DNA from: Candidatus Saccharimonadota bacterium
GTDB lineage: Bacteria > Patescibacteriota > Gracilibacteria > UBA1369 > 2-02-FULL-48-14
Reading direction: 5' to 3'
Assembly (NCBI GenBank): GCA_965230905.1
Contig: OZ246396.1
Location: forward strand, 870,001-902,000
Length of the DNA: 32,000 bases
Position numbers and translations under genes: made by a program. Below, piece by piece: positions 1 to 8,036 of the stretch (position 1 is the first letter of the stretch; each line of letters begins with the position of its first letter). The notes beneath the pieces are model-generated. The model saw only the letters and a list, made by a program, of their open reading frames with translations. It was not told the DNA's origin and did not search any database.

Positions 1-773
1 GGTACTATTAGGTTGATTATGCGTGGTTTTATTTGTGGCTTTTCATCACCCATAGACATACTCATTTCGTCAGCAGTCTCTTTGTGATAATGCTCACCCT
101 GTTTTCCTAAAGGCTGTTTTCTCCATTGAAAAAATATGGTGCTGAAAGTGATGAGAAGAACCACAATACTATAAAATTCAAAAGGAATAGCGCGAAGTAA
201 AACGCTATAAGCCGATTGCTCTTCAAGTACTCCTGCAGATTCCAATCCCTGACTGATATTGGCTATATTGAACCCTACGAAAGTCGTAGCTATTGGAATG
301 ACTTCAAGAACCGGACTGGCTGTATTATTGATCATGAATGCAAGCCGTTCCTTCGCTATTTTATGTTTTTCTGCGAGTGAACGCATGATGGACCCCGCAC
401 CAACAATTCTGAAGTCACAATCAATGAACGTAACGGGTATCAATGCCCACAAGGTGTAAAAGACTCCACGGTCGCTTTTGATGTATTTACCGAGCCAACT
501 TGAAAAGGCCTTGATGCCGCCTGCATTTTTTATAAGTGTGATCAAGCCGTTGAACAAATACAGAAAAAGTAAGACCTGTAAGTTACTTGTGTCCGACAAT
601 ATCTTTAATATATTTTCTATGGCGACTTCCAGTCCGCCTATAATTGATGGGTCCAATAAATAGGAACCCACCAATAAACCCAAGAGGAGCGACGGTAAAA
701 TCTTTTTTGACCAAATTGCAAAAGCAATGGTGATCACTGGGGGCAGAACTGAAAGCCAAGTTAGAGTTTCCAT
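1..773 (-). CDS. NhaC-family Na+/H+ antiporter-like membrane transporter, N-terminal 257 codons (3' end beyond window start)
   Basis: Missing from the ORF track because it has no stop in the window. My reverse-strand translation from the ATG at 771-773 stays open to position 1: METLTWLSVLPPVITIAFAIWSKKILPSLLLGLLVGSYLLDP...IKAFSSWLGKYIKSDRGVFYTLWALIPVTFIDCDF... It is polytopic with an NhaC-like N-terminus. It displaces the listed 583..849 ORF. Confidence 0.6.
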   Translation of the reverse strand, partial: METLTWLSVLPPVITIAFAIWSKKILPSLLLGLLVGSYLLDPSIIGGLEVAIENILKILSDTSNLQVLLFLYLFNGLITLIKNAGGIKAFSSWLGKYIKSDRGVFYTLWALIPVTFIDCDFRIVGAGSIMRSLAEKHKIAKERLAFMINNTASPVLEVIPIATTFVGFNIANISQGLESAGVLEEQSAYSVLLRAIPFEFYSIVVLLITFSTIFFQWRKQPLGKQGEHYHKETADEMSMSMGDEKPQIKPRIINLIV

Positions 774-820
774 AGAAATTTAAATTAAAGGATCTTTTCT
801 TTCGAGTATCATGTGATTTC

Positions 821-1345
821 CTACGCAGATGGGGTAATTGGTTTTTCACTTTTTTGAAGTCGACTCACCAGTTCTATTAAACGTCCTGGATAGGGTACAT
901 ATTTGAACTCAAGTGTTTGATAACTGGTAGGTAAATTCATTTCTACTTCTCCGTAGTGTAAAAGATTCTTAATCAGTCCTCGTTGGTGTTTTTCAATTTC
1001 ATTGATCTCTTGGATATTGATATAGCTCATGTCGTGGCGCACATAAGGGAAGAAGCGGAAGTCGATGATTCTCCTTTTTGTGACTGCTAAACCTGAAAGC
1101 TGTAAGGACAGTAGATAGAGAAAGAGCAAATGATGCGCAATCAAAATGGTGCCGTAAGCTATAAAAGTAACCACCATAGCTGCTGGATGAGCCAGCTCAT
1201 GTAGGTTGGTACCCAGCCAGAACAAGAAAGCTCCTAATGAAAGCCCAACTAAGTAAAGAGAAAGCGGCAAAAGGAAAACCATCCAATGTTCGTGCAGGAG
1301 CATAAGTAAAGGTTCCTTGTTTTGGTCTTGTTCATGGCTGTTCAT
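821..1345 (-). CDS. membrane protein with two N-terminal TM helices and a bacterial PH (YdbS/bPH_2-like) domain
   Basis: 174 aa. Two hydrophobic helices are followed by VTKRRIIDFRFFPYVRHDMSYINIQEINEIEKHQRGLIKNLLHYGEVEMN, which resembles bPH_2 topology. Confidence 0.5.
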   Translation of the reverse strand: MNSHEQDQNKEPLLMLLHEHWMVFLLPLSLYLVGLSLGAFLFWLGTNLHELAHPAAMVVTFIAYGTILIAHHLLFLYLLSLQLSGLAVTKRRIIDFRFFPYVRHDMSYINIQEINEIEKHQRGLIKNLLHYGEVEMNLPTSYQTLEFKYVPYPGRLIELVSRLQKSEKPITPSA

Positions 1346-1348
1346 AAA

Positions 1349-1579
1349 TTAGATGGAAAACAAGTACAGAGTAAATCCTAAGGTTAGTACTAGAAGCGCA
1401 ACGGCGTAGAATTTTAATAAAAAATTAAGAGCAGGTGTCTCAATTTGTTTTTTGTTTTCGTAGCCTAGTATTTTCATCTGTGTGTTTGTATATCCAAAAA
1501 TATCTTTCTGAATAAGAACGTACCAAAGAACCGTAAAAAGGTGTGAGATTCCTAAAATGATCCATAATATCAGATTCAT
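1349..1579 (-). CDS. small 2-TM membrane protein, unknown function
   Basis: 76 aa hydrophobic ORF, tightly packed in the same-strand gene array. Confidence 0.5.
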   Translation of the reverse strand: MNLILWIILGISHLFTVLWYVLIQKDIFGYTNTQMKILGYENKKQIETPALNFLLKFYAVALLVLTLGFTLYLFSI

Positions 1580-1585
1580 GAGAAA

Positions 1586-2017
1586 TTAATTGTTTAAATC
1601 CCATTTAAAATTGCGCTCTTTAACACCGCCAATGTCTTTCAAAATAAGCTCAATAGCTCCTGGCTTGTTTCCCGTTTTTTCAAAACTTAAAATGCCTTCC
1701 TGATGATGAGATTGCTCGCTCGACATTTCCCAAGAAAAAGCTGAAAGGGTTTGCCTATTGTCGAGGAGCAGCTCTGCGTCACCCTTTAGATCTTCCGGTA
1801 GTTCACCAGAATGGGTGTTCAGCTCAATCTCAAAGCTCCAATTGTCGGATTCCAATGAAGTGATTGGATTAACAGTTACTGTGACCCCTCCTTCATCACT
1901 CGTCAGGGTGTTAGTATCTTGTAACTCTTTATTTTTGATCGTTATCCAATAAACAAGCAAGACCACACCAATGGAAATAGCAATGAGTCCTAAGCTTAGA
2001 GTTGCTGATCTTTTCAT
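1586..2017 (-). CDS. single-pass membrane-anchored extracytoplasmic protein, unknown function (metal-island associated)
   Basis: 143 aa with an N-terminal TM (LSLGLIAISIGVVLLVYWI) and a soluble domain containing the SHHQEG cluster. A 4-nt overlap with the upstream gene suggests coupling. Confidence 0.55.
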   Translation of the reverse strand: MKRSATLSLGLIAISIGVVLLVYWITIKNKELQDTNTLTSDEGGVTVTVNPITSLESDNWSFEIELNTHSGELPEDLKGDAELLLDNRQTLSAFSWEMSSEQSHHQEGILSFEKTGNKPGAIELILKDIGGVKERNFKWDLNN

Positions 2018-2466
2018 GCTTGTTTTTTAAAATTTATAATTTGCTTGGTGATGTAGGCCAATCCGAGAATATTGAAGGCAAGTCCTACTAGGAACAACTC
2101 TTCTTGGTAATCAGGGATTACGGTTAAGAAACCGGATACTCCAAGAATCGGGATAATATTGGCCAGATAGTGAGCGCAACACGAAATCATGGCAAGGGTG
2201 GAGCTAGTTCCCGAAACAGCCAATGCTTTCCCTGTGCCTGTTGGGCAGTGGTGAGCAATGCTCATCCTCAAATAAGAGTAAAGTCCTAGTTGGAGCCCAA
2301 AACCAATCGCTAGTGGAACGATATATATCCAAAACTGAGCGAACTGGTTTTGAGCGAAATACCACCCCGAAATTAAGCTCACAATTGAGAAGAAAAACGT
2401 GAGGAGCAAAGAAGTGCCTAAGACTCCCCACAGCACGGCTTTGATTTTAAGGCTAAGTTGAGTCAT
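2014..2466 (-). CDS. polytopic membrane protein with HHCP and SCCAH motifs, unknown function
   Basis: The ORF track gives 2014..2496. I prefer the ATG at 2466 (MTQLSLKIK...) because 2474-2496 is occupied by the end of the DUF2933 gene. Motifs: AHHCPTGTG and MISCCAHYLANIIPILG. Confidence 0.55.
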   Translation of the reverse strand: MTQLSLKIKAVLWGVLGTSLLLTFFFSIVSLISGWYFAQNQFAQFWIYIVPLAIGFGLQLGLYSYLRMSIAHHCPTGTGKALAVSGTSSTLAMISCCAHYLANIIPILGVSGFLTVIPDYQEELFLVGLAFNILGLAYITKQIINFKKQA

Positions 2467-2473
2467 GGGATTA

Positions 2474-2653
2474 TTATTGATGTTTGTGTCCACCATGCCC
2501 TCCGTGTCCGAATAGGTGCATCAATGGGCAGGCGAGTAAAATAAGATACGGTAGGACGGACAAGACATGTGAAGTATGCGTCTTTAAAAGGAATATAAGT
2601 CCGACAATGCCAATGATGAGAACTATTCCCCATGTTCTTTTTGAGAATTCCAT
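2474..2653 (-). CDS. DUF2933-like small membrane protein with His/Gly-rich tail
   Basis: 59 aa, so below the ORF-track cutoff. My translation: MEFSKRTWGIVLIIGIVGLIFLLKTHTSHVLSVLPYLILLACPLMHLFGHGGHGGHKHQ*. The LLACPLMHLFxHGGHGGH signature is typical of DUF2933 proteins in metal-resistance loci. Confidence 0.65.
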   Translation of the reverse strand: MEFSKRTWGIVLIIGIVGLIFLLKTHTSHVLSVLPYLILLACPLMHLFGHGGHGGHKHQ

Positions 2654-2672
2654 ATGCTTATTGAATTACTGA

Positions 2673-2894
2673 TTAAATGAGTTCACCTTTCTTTTCAAGC
2701 ATCATGTGATGAATCGTTGCAATTTGTGCCCAGATTGCAATGAGAATAAGGATGGCCGTGCAGGCTAAAGCGTCTGCTTTTGTAATTCCGAATACAAGGT
2801 TATCAGCCCCACCAAGGATGGCGGACACAAATGTAACGACTCCGGCGAATCCGACTAAAACACTGATAACGTGAAGTAATTTTGATAGTTTCAT
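2673..2894 (-). CDS. small 2-TM membrane protein, unknown function
   Basis: 73 aa hydrophobic ORF ending in IATIHHMMLEKK, in the same-strand array. Confidence 0.5.
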   Translation of the reverse strand: MKLSKLLHVISVLVGFAGVVTFVSAILGGADNLVFGITKADALACTAILILIAIWAQIATIHHMMLEKKGELI

Positions 2895-2912
2895 AATTTT
2901 AGGATTAATGGA

Positions 2913-3095
2913 TTAATTGAGATATTTTTCTGGATCACTGACGAATTGATCTTTGCAAGCCGTACTGCAAAAGTAATAGATTGTTCCTTTGTGGGCGACT
3001 TGGAGGGTTTCTTCTGTGATTTCGGGCTCCATGCCACAAACTACGTCCTTAACTGGAGACATACTTTTATGACCGCAACATGATGAGTTTTCCAT
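2913..3095 (-). CDS. YHS (TRASH-type) metal-binding domain protein
   Basis: 60 aa. VVCGMEPE...YYFCSTACKDQFVSDPEKYL matches the YHS domain pattern. There is an N-terminal SSCCGH. Confidence 0.8.
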   Translation of the reverse strand: MENSSCCGHKSMSPVKDVVCGMEPEITEETLQVAHKGTIYYFCSTACKDQFVSDPEKYLN

Positions 3096-3173
3096 ATATT
3101 TATTGTTTATTAAATAAGTATTACCTCTATGTAATTAGTTTGCCTGTGCACGACTTTCGTTTTAAATTTTTGA

Positions 3174-3947
3174 TTAAACATATGATTTTTTTGTTACAGT
3201 AGAACGTCTTATGAAGAAACCTGTGTAAACTACCATAAATCCAACTGTGACCAGAGATAGTAAAAGTCCAGCCTGATTGTCATATCCATATAGAGGTGGA
3301 AATGGACTCAGGTGCGGGTAGGTGTGGAACACAATAAAATAGGTTCCAAGCGTAAAAACTCTAGCCTGAAGCCACCTTTCTTTATTGAGAAACCCAATGA
3401 TCAAAGCGGATCCAAGTACGGCGAGCTGCGGGATTGCGCCTTCTCCAAGATTCAGATAAATAAAAACCCAATTCCATAGAGTGTAGCCGATGATCCATGC
3501 CAAGGTCATATCACTCCAGTATAAATCCTTATACTTTCCCTTGGTATCAATATGGATTGTATTTATTTTGGCCAAAGTCACTATCAGCAAAATACCAGCC
3601 GTTGCATTCAAATAATTCGCAAGATTCGCTGTTTCAATATCTCTAACAACTGCCTCAAGAATGTTGAAAACCAGAAAGAAATAAATAGACCATTGGCATA
3701 GTTTGGTGTGTCCCAGCTTTGTAGTCCTTAATAGAGAAAGTAGGATGATTCCGGTCACAACAGAGAACACCTTGGCCCAAAGGAACCAATCGGCGACCCC
3801 TATTAATAATATCCAACAAGGGAAAAGGATAATCGAAGCGACTCCGAAAAATGCCAACGTGAATCTTGGATAACGATGAAATATCTCTTGGGTCACAAGT
3901 AGCCCTATAAATATAAGCAAGAGATAGAGGAGTGAAAAGAATGTCAT
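3174..3947 (-). CDS. polytopic integral membrane protein, unknown function
   Basis: 257 aa with about 8 hydrophobic segments. I recognise no motif. Confidence 0.6.
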   Translation of the reverse strand: MTFFSLLYLLLIFIGLLVTQEIFHRYPRFTLAFFGVASIILFPCWILLIGVADWFLWAKVFSVVTGIILLSLLRTTKLGHTKLCQWSIYFFLVFNILEAVVRDIETANLANYLNATAGILLIVTLAKINTIHIDTKGKYKDLYWSDMTLAWIIGYTLWNWVFIYLNLGEGAIPQLAVLGSALIIGFLNKERWLQARVFTLGTYFIVFHTYPHLSPFPPLYGYDNQAGLLLSLVTVGFMVVYTGFFIRRSTVTKKSYV

Positions 3948-3958
3948 ACTTTCAGAGG

Positions 3959-4222
3959 TTATCGATTTCCATGTTCCATGCTGGAGTTAAGCATCCAGAC
4001 CATGTAGGCCGCAAAAATCCATGCAAAAAAGAAGATCTCTATGGCTCCCAAGACGGTGCTACCTAGATTGATCCAAGTGAAGCCAGGAATCATTTCAAAA
4101 ATAGAGTGGTGAAGATCGGCATCGGCTCCGGTTAAGCTGCTGCCATAAAGGAGACAGATTAAATAAAATACCTCGGCTCCTAAGACGCAGCGCCAACCGT
4201 ATTTTGATAAAGAGAATTTCAT
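3959..4222 (-). CDS. small membrane protein, unknown function
   Basis: 87 aa with two hydrophobic segments. It sits between a membrane protein and the multicopper oxidase. Confidence 0.5.
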   Translation of the reverse strand: MKFSLSKYGWRCVLGAEVFYLICLLYGSSLTGADADLHHSIFEMIPGFTWINLGSTVLGAIEIFFFAWIFAAYMVWMLNSSMEHGNR

Positions 4223-4241
4223 ATAAAAAGGGTTAAAAAAC

Positions 4242-5798
4242 TTAAAGAGAAGAAACTTTGAAAGGCATCATCATTCCGCTTTCAAGGTGTTCGGGAATAT
4301 GACAGTGGAGCATCCACTCGCCTGGATTAGACATTTCAACCAAGAGTTCAACCGTGGAACCTGATGGAATTAAGACTGTGTCTTTCCAAACCAAGTTATC
4401 TGACTTCACTCCATCTACGGACAAGATCAGGAAGCGTTGACCGTGTATATGGATCGGATGCTGCATTGGATGGGTGGTGTCGTCGGGATTGGCTACTTGA
4501 ATTTTCACCAAGTCGCCCTCTTTGAAGTTCCAGTCGTCGATGTCCATGTTCGTTTTTTCCGTGTCTTCGTCTAAGAGCTGCCACTCCAATGTGTCTGTGT
4601 TTGAAGTGCTATTCATCATGCTCATGGTGTCTTCCCATTCAATCGGTTCTCCATCATTCATCATCCCCATCTCTGAATCATCCATCATCATTCCACCGTG
4701 CATGGAGTGAGAACCTCCCATGCCCTTCATATCTAGGTCAATGGATAGAAACTTATCTATATAGCTCTCGAAACTAGAACGGTAAGGGTCGATACTGGCG
4801 ATGGTGCTCTGGTGTGTTTTAAGAGTATTGAAGTCAGTGGCGTAAGATTCAGATAGCTCTTCGTCGGAGACTTGGAAATCTGCCAAGGTATAAGTTCTAT
4901 CTGGTGTTTTGTGGACTAAGGAGAAGTCACCTGATTCTGCAAACATCACCTCAACAATTGCGCGCTCGGATGGCCCAAGCAGAACTTCGTCTGCCCATTC
5001 GTCGTGTTCATAGAGTCCATTGTCTGCTCCAACCAATTTCATTTGTGCGCCGGGAATGCTTAGATTGAAAACTCGAGTGTTGGCAGCATTGGTGATGTAA
5101 AAGCGTATGACTTCACCTTTCTTTGCCGTCAGGCCGTAATCCGTGCTTCCATTCACAAGCATGGTGTTTCCAAAGCGACCCATGAGGGTGTGAGTGACTT
5201 CATCAAAGGAGTAAGAAGCCAGTTCGTTTCCTTGCATAAGGATGTCATCGACCATCAAGGTTTCTTCTCTATTCACTGGGGACCAATCTTCTTCATCGGC
5301 GACGATGATGTAGTTTCCATAGAGCCCCATGTCTTGAGCGTAATCTTCTCTCAAGTGAGGGTGGTACCAAAATACACCTGAATCATCGAAGCGAACCGAG
5401 TATGTGAACGTTTCTCCTGGCTGGATTGCCTCCTGGGTTACGTCCGGAACTCCATCAAAGGCGTTATCCAAACGCACACCGTGCGAATGAAGGGTGGTTT
5501 CGATCTCTGTGTTGTTAGTGAAATTGATCGTAACGGTTGAGCCTTGCTTCACTTTGAGTGTGGGGCCGGGAATAGAACCGTTGTAAGCCAACATTTTATA
5601 GAGTGAGCCATTGAGCTCTTTCTCAACAAAAGAGGATTCAAGGTCATAGGTGTCTCCATCATTCAGCTCTACGATTTGAGTGCTGGAGGCCAAAGGTGCT
5701 TCGGAAGTTTCTTCCACAGCACCTTCTTGGGTCGTATTCTGGCAGGCCGTGAGAAAGGAGAGAGTGAGGAAGGCGATGATCAGTGAGGTTTTTTTCAT
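4242..5798 (-). CDS. multicopper oxidase lipoprotein with Met-rich insert (CopA/CueO-like)
   Basis: All four copper-ligand motifs are present: LHSHG, WYHPH, HPIHIHG and HCHIPEHLESGMM. Met-rich segment: MKGMGGSHSMHGGMMMDDSEMGMMNDG. Lipobox: LSFLTAC. I chose the start at MKKTSL (5798) rather than 5831 to avoid overlapping the upstream gene. Confidence 0.9.
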   Translation of the reverse strand: MKKTSLIIAFLTLSFLTACQNTTQEGAVEETSEAPLASSTQIVELNDGDTYDLESSFVEKELNGSLYKMLAYNGSIPGPTLKVKQGSTVTINFTNNTEIETTLHSHGVRLDNAFDGVPDVTQEAIQPGETFTYSVRFDDSGVFWYHPHLREDYAQDMGLYGNYIIVADEEDWSPVNREETLMVDDILMQGNELASYSFDEVTHTLMGRFGNTMLVNGSTDYGLTAKKGEVIRFYITNAANTRVFNLSIPGAQMKLVGADNGLYEHDEWADEVLLGPSERAIVEVMFAESGDFSLVHKTPDRTYTLADFQVSDEELSESYATDFNTLKTHQSTIASIDPYRSSFESYIDKFLSIDLDMKGMGGSHSMHGGMMMDDSEMGMMNDGEPIEWEDTMSMMNSTSNTDTLEWQLLDEDTEKTNMDIDDWNFKEGDLVKIQVANPDDTTHPMQHPIHIHGQRFLILSVDGVKSDNLVWKDTVLIPSGSTVELLVEMSNPGEWMLHCHIPEHLESGMMMPFKVSSL

Positions 5799-5812
5799 AG
5801 AATTAAAAAGGG

Positions 5813-7690
5813 TTAATAGATTTTCTCCCAAGTGAGTCCGCTATTCTCACTTTTGTAAACTTGGTTGTTCTCGTCGATGGCATAAACCATTTGAGGATTG
5901 CTTGCAGAAAAGGCAATAAAATAAAGAACTGCATTGGGTGCGCCCGCTAGTGAAGCCCATGTTTTCCCGCCATCATTGCTTGAAGCCAAACCTAAGGTAT
6001 CTGAGAAACTGAGCATTTGGTTTCTATCTTTTGGATTTTGCGACATAGAAATGATAATGCTTGCTTCGAGAGAAGTTGATAAGCTCTCCCAGTTTTCCCC
6101 TCCATCGCTACTCATCCAAATTCCTTGCTGTGTACTCGCGTACACAGTTTTTACATCAGCCACGTCTGCTACGAGCGCGATGATCTTTTCGGGCTGTTTA
6201 TCCAGTAGCATCCACGTTGTGCCCCCGTCCGTACTTTTTTGTATTTGGCCGCTAAATAGTCCGTAAATGATATTTGAATTAACAGGGCTGACAGTCATGG
6301 TATGAAAATCAACCGGCCCATTTATTCCATCTGATATTTTTTCCCAAGTCTCACCACTGTCTATCGTCTTTTGAAAGCCAATATTCCCTCCGTAAGAAGG
6401 GTGACCGCTACTGTAAAAGGTTTTGGAATTCTTTGCATCAGCCGTAAAGCCCATGAGGTCGTTTGTAGTTTCTCCAATTCGGTACAAATCTTTTTCATCT
6501 TTAAGTAGAAGCAGCCCTTCATGGGTCGCAATGTATAGTTTATTGGGATTTTCTATATCTACAGCCAAACCATGAGGGTGGGAAATGGAATTGACGGGGG
6601 TGAGTGAAACTGAAGATTCACTGGTTTCACGTTCCCACACGCTGACGCCATTTGGCGCTTCACCTATTTCGATGGTTTTGGTGACTTGATCGGTTTTGGT
6701 GTCAATGATGGAAAGGTTTCCACTCACGATATTGGTCACATAAACTTCTGAACCGTCTTTAGAGATTGCCACCCCGTGTGGACCTTCACCTGCAATGATG
6801 GTTGAAACAACTTCTTGAGATTCTAGATCGACTTTATAGACTTTATCGCTTGTGGGTTGGTCGAAGTAATAACCTTGATCGGCGATATAAACATATCGCG
6901 AATCTGGAGTTGGATAGACTTGAACAGGTCCTTTTGCGTCTGGAAGAAGAACCGTGCTTGTTTCTTTTGTTTCAATATTATGGATACCCAATTGTTTGGT
7001 GGAGTACATTGACCCAAATGCATATTTACCATCAGGTGTGACGCCGGTTTGTACCACCGCGTCTCCGAAATCAATGATTTCAAATGCTTCGGTTTCGAGA
7101 TTGAGAATCCCCATTCCCTTAGTGCCCATCAGCGCAATATAAGCAAAATTTCCCTCTGGATCGAGACGAAGACCGTGAGGCTCAGAACCCTCAGGAAGAT
7201 CAACCGTTTTTTCTAGGGTAAAAGTTTGAGAGTTTACTATAAAAACTTTATTTCCTTCTTGAGCATTGGCATAAGCCCACGCACTGTCCGGACTTAAGAC
7301 GACATGGGCAAGATGAAGATCAGTTCCTAAATTTATTTGCTGACTGATTTCATCCGTTTTTGTAGAAACAACTACGAGTTGGTCTTCTGTATCCAGAGAG
7401 CTTTCGTTTGAATGCATGTCGTCCTCACCCTCTTCCATCGTATTTACAGTTACCCAAAGGGCCTCACCATTTGGAGACACTTGCACATTGTGAGGCATGC
7501 CAGGGAGATCTATTCTCTTTACGACCACACCTGTTTCTGGGTCGATTACGGCTACTTGATTATCATTTTCTACGGCAACATAGACCTTTTTATCAGGTGA
7601 ACTTTCTTCTTGCACGGTATCTGTATTTTGACTTTGGCAAGCACTTAAAATGAGTGCTGTGCCAAGTAGGAGTGAAAGTATTTTTTTCAT
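5813..7690 (-). CDS. lipoprotein: N-terminal YVTN-type beta-propeller repeats fused to a C-terminal Asp-box (BNR/sialidase-like) beta-propeller
   Basis: Lipobox LILSAC. A literal SEVYVTN repeat and related repeats occupy the N-terminal half. Five SxDxGxTW-like Asp boxes occupy the C-terminal half: SGETWEKI, STDGGTTWMLL, SSDGGENWESL, SNDGGKTWASL, SENSGLTWEKI. Confidence 0.8.
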   Translation of the reverse strand: MKKILSLLLGTALILSACQSQNTDTVQEESSPDKKVYVAVENDNQVAVIDPETGVVVKRIDLPGMPHNVQVSPNGEALWVTVNTMEEGEDDMHSNESSLDTEDQLVVVSTKTDEISQQINLGTDLHLAHVVLSPDSAWAYANAQEGNKVFIVNSQTFTLEKTVDLPEGSEPHGLRLDPEGNFAYIALMGTKGMGILNLETEAFEIIDFGDAVVQTGVTPDGKYAFGSMYSTKQLGIHNIETKETSTVLLPDAKGPVQVYPTPDSRYVYIADQGYYFDQPTSDKVYKVDLESQEVVSTIIAGEGPHGVAISKDGSEVYVTNIVSGNLSIIDTKTDQVTKTIEIGEAPNGVSVWERETSESSVSLTPVNSISHPHGLAVDIENPNKLYIATHEGLLLLKDEKDLYRIGETTNDLMGFTADAKNSKTFYSSGHPSYGGNIGFQKTIDSGETWEKISDGINGPVDFHTMTVSPVNSNIIYGLFSGQIQKSTDGGTTWMLLDKQPEKIIALVADVADVKTVYASTQQGIWMSSDGGENWESLSTSLEASIIISMSQNPKDRNQMLSFSDTLGLASSNDGGKTWASLAGAPNAVLYFIAFSASNPQMVYAIDENNQVYKSENSGLTWEKIY

Positions 7691-7727
7691 ATCAGTGAGT
7701 TATAGGCTAAATCGATTCAATCGCCTA

Positions 7728-8036
7728 TCACTCTCTCTGTATGACTCCTTTTAGGGTACGCCGGAGAAGGTTTCTATCCGGACGCAGCGGTACAGGACTT
7801 AAGGAAGATTTGTTTTCAGAATAAGAAAGGAAAACAAAAAATACTGGAACAACTAAGGTGAGTAGTAGTGGGAGGACTGCTTCACTTTGATTTACTGCTG
7901 ACTCGAGGATGCAGTGCTCACTAAATGCACAAGTATTTTCATGTCCTTGACTACTCATTAGTAGAGCAAAAGAGAACTGGAGTAGGCTCAAGCCTACAAT
8001 CAGCATCCACAGCATTTTTGTCTTTAGTGATTTCAT
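7728..8036 (-). CDS. small membrane protein with C-terminal KGVIQRE motif (paralog of 13006..13338)
   Basis: 102 aa with an N-terminal TM, a CAFSEHC motif, a second TM and a C-terminus of LKGVIQRE. A 4-nt ATGA-type overlap with the ATPase stop suggests translational coupling. Confidence 0.6.
   Translation of the reverse strand: MKSLKTKMLWMLIVGLSLLQFSFALLMSSQGHENTCAFSEHCILESAVNQSEAVLPLLLTLVVPVFFVFLSYSENKSSLSPVPLRPDRNLLRRTLKGVIQRE

Noticed and set aside
583-849. Listed 88-aa minus-strand ORF and the small plus-strand ORFs at 259..459 and 478..663
   Set aside because: Their sequences are low-complexity and lack motifs. The region is fully explained by a 257-codon NhaC-like frame that is open from 773 to the window edge.
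2484-2672. Plus-strand ORF beginning MCPPCPPCP, superficially a metallothionein-like Cys/Pro peptide
   Set aside because: It is antisense to a much better supported DUF2933-like gene. The Cys/Pro codons are the reverse complement of the His/Gly-rich tail (GHGGHGGH).
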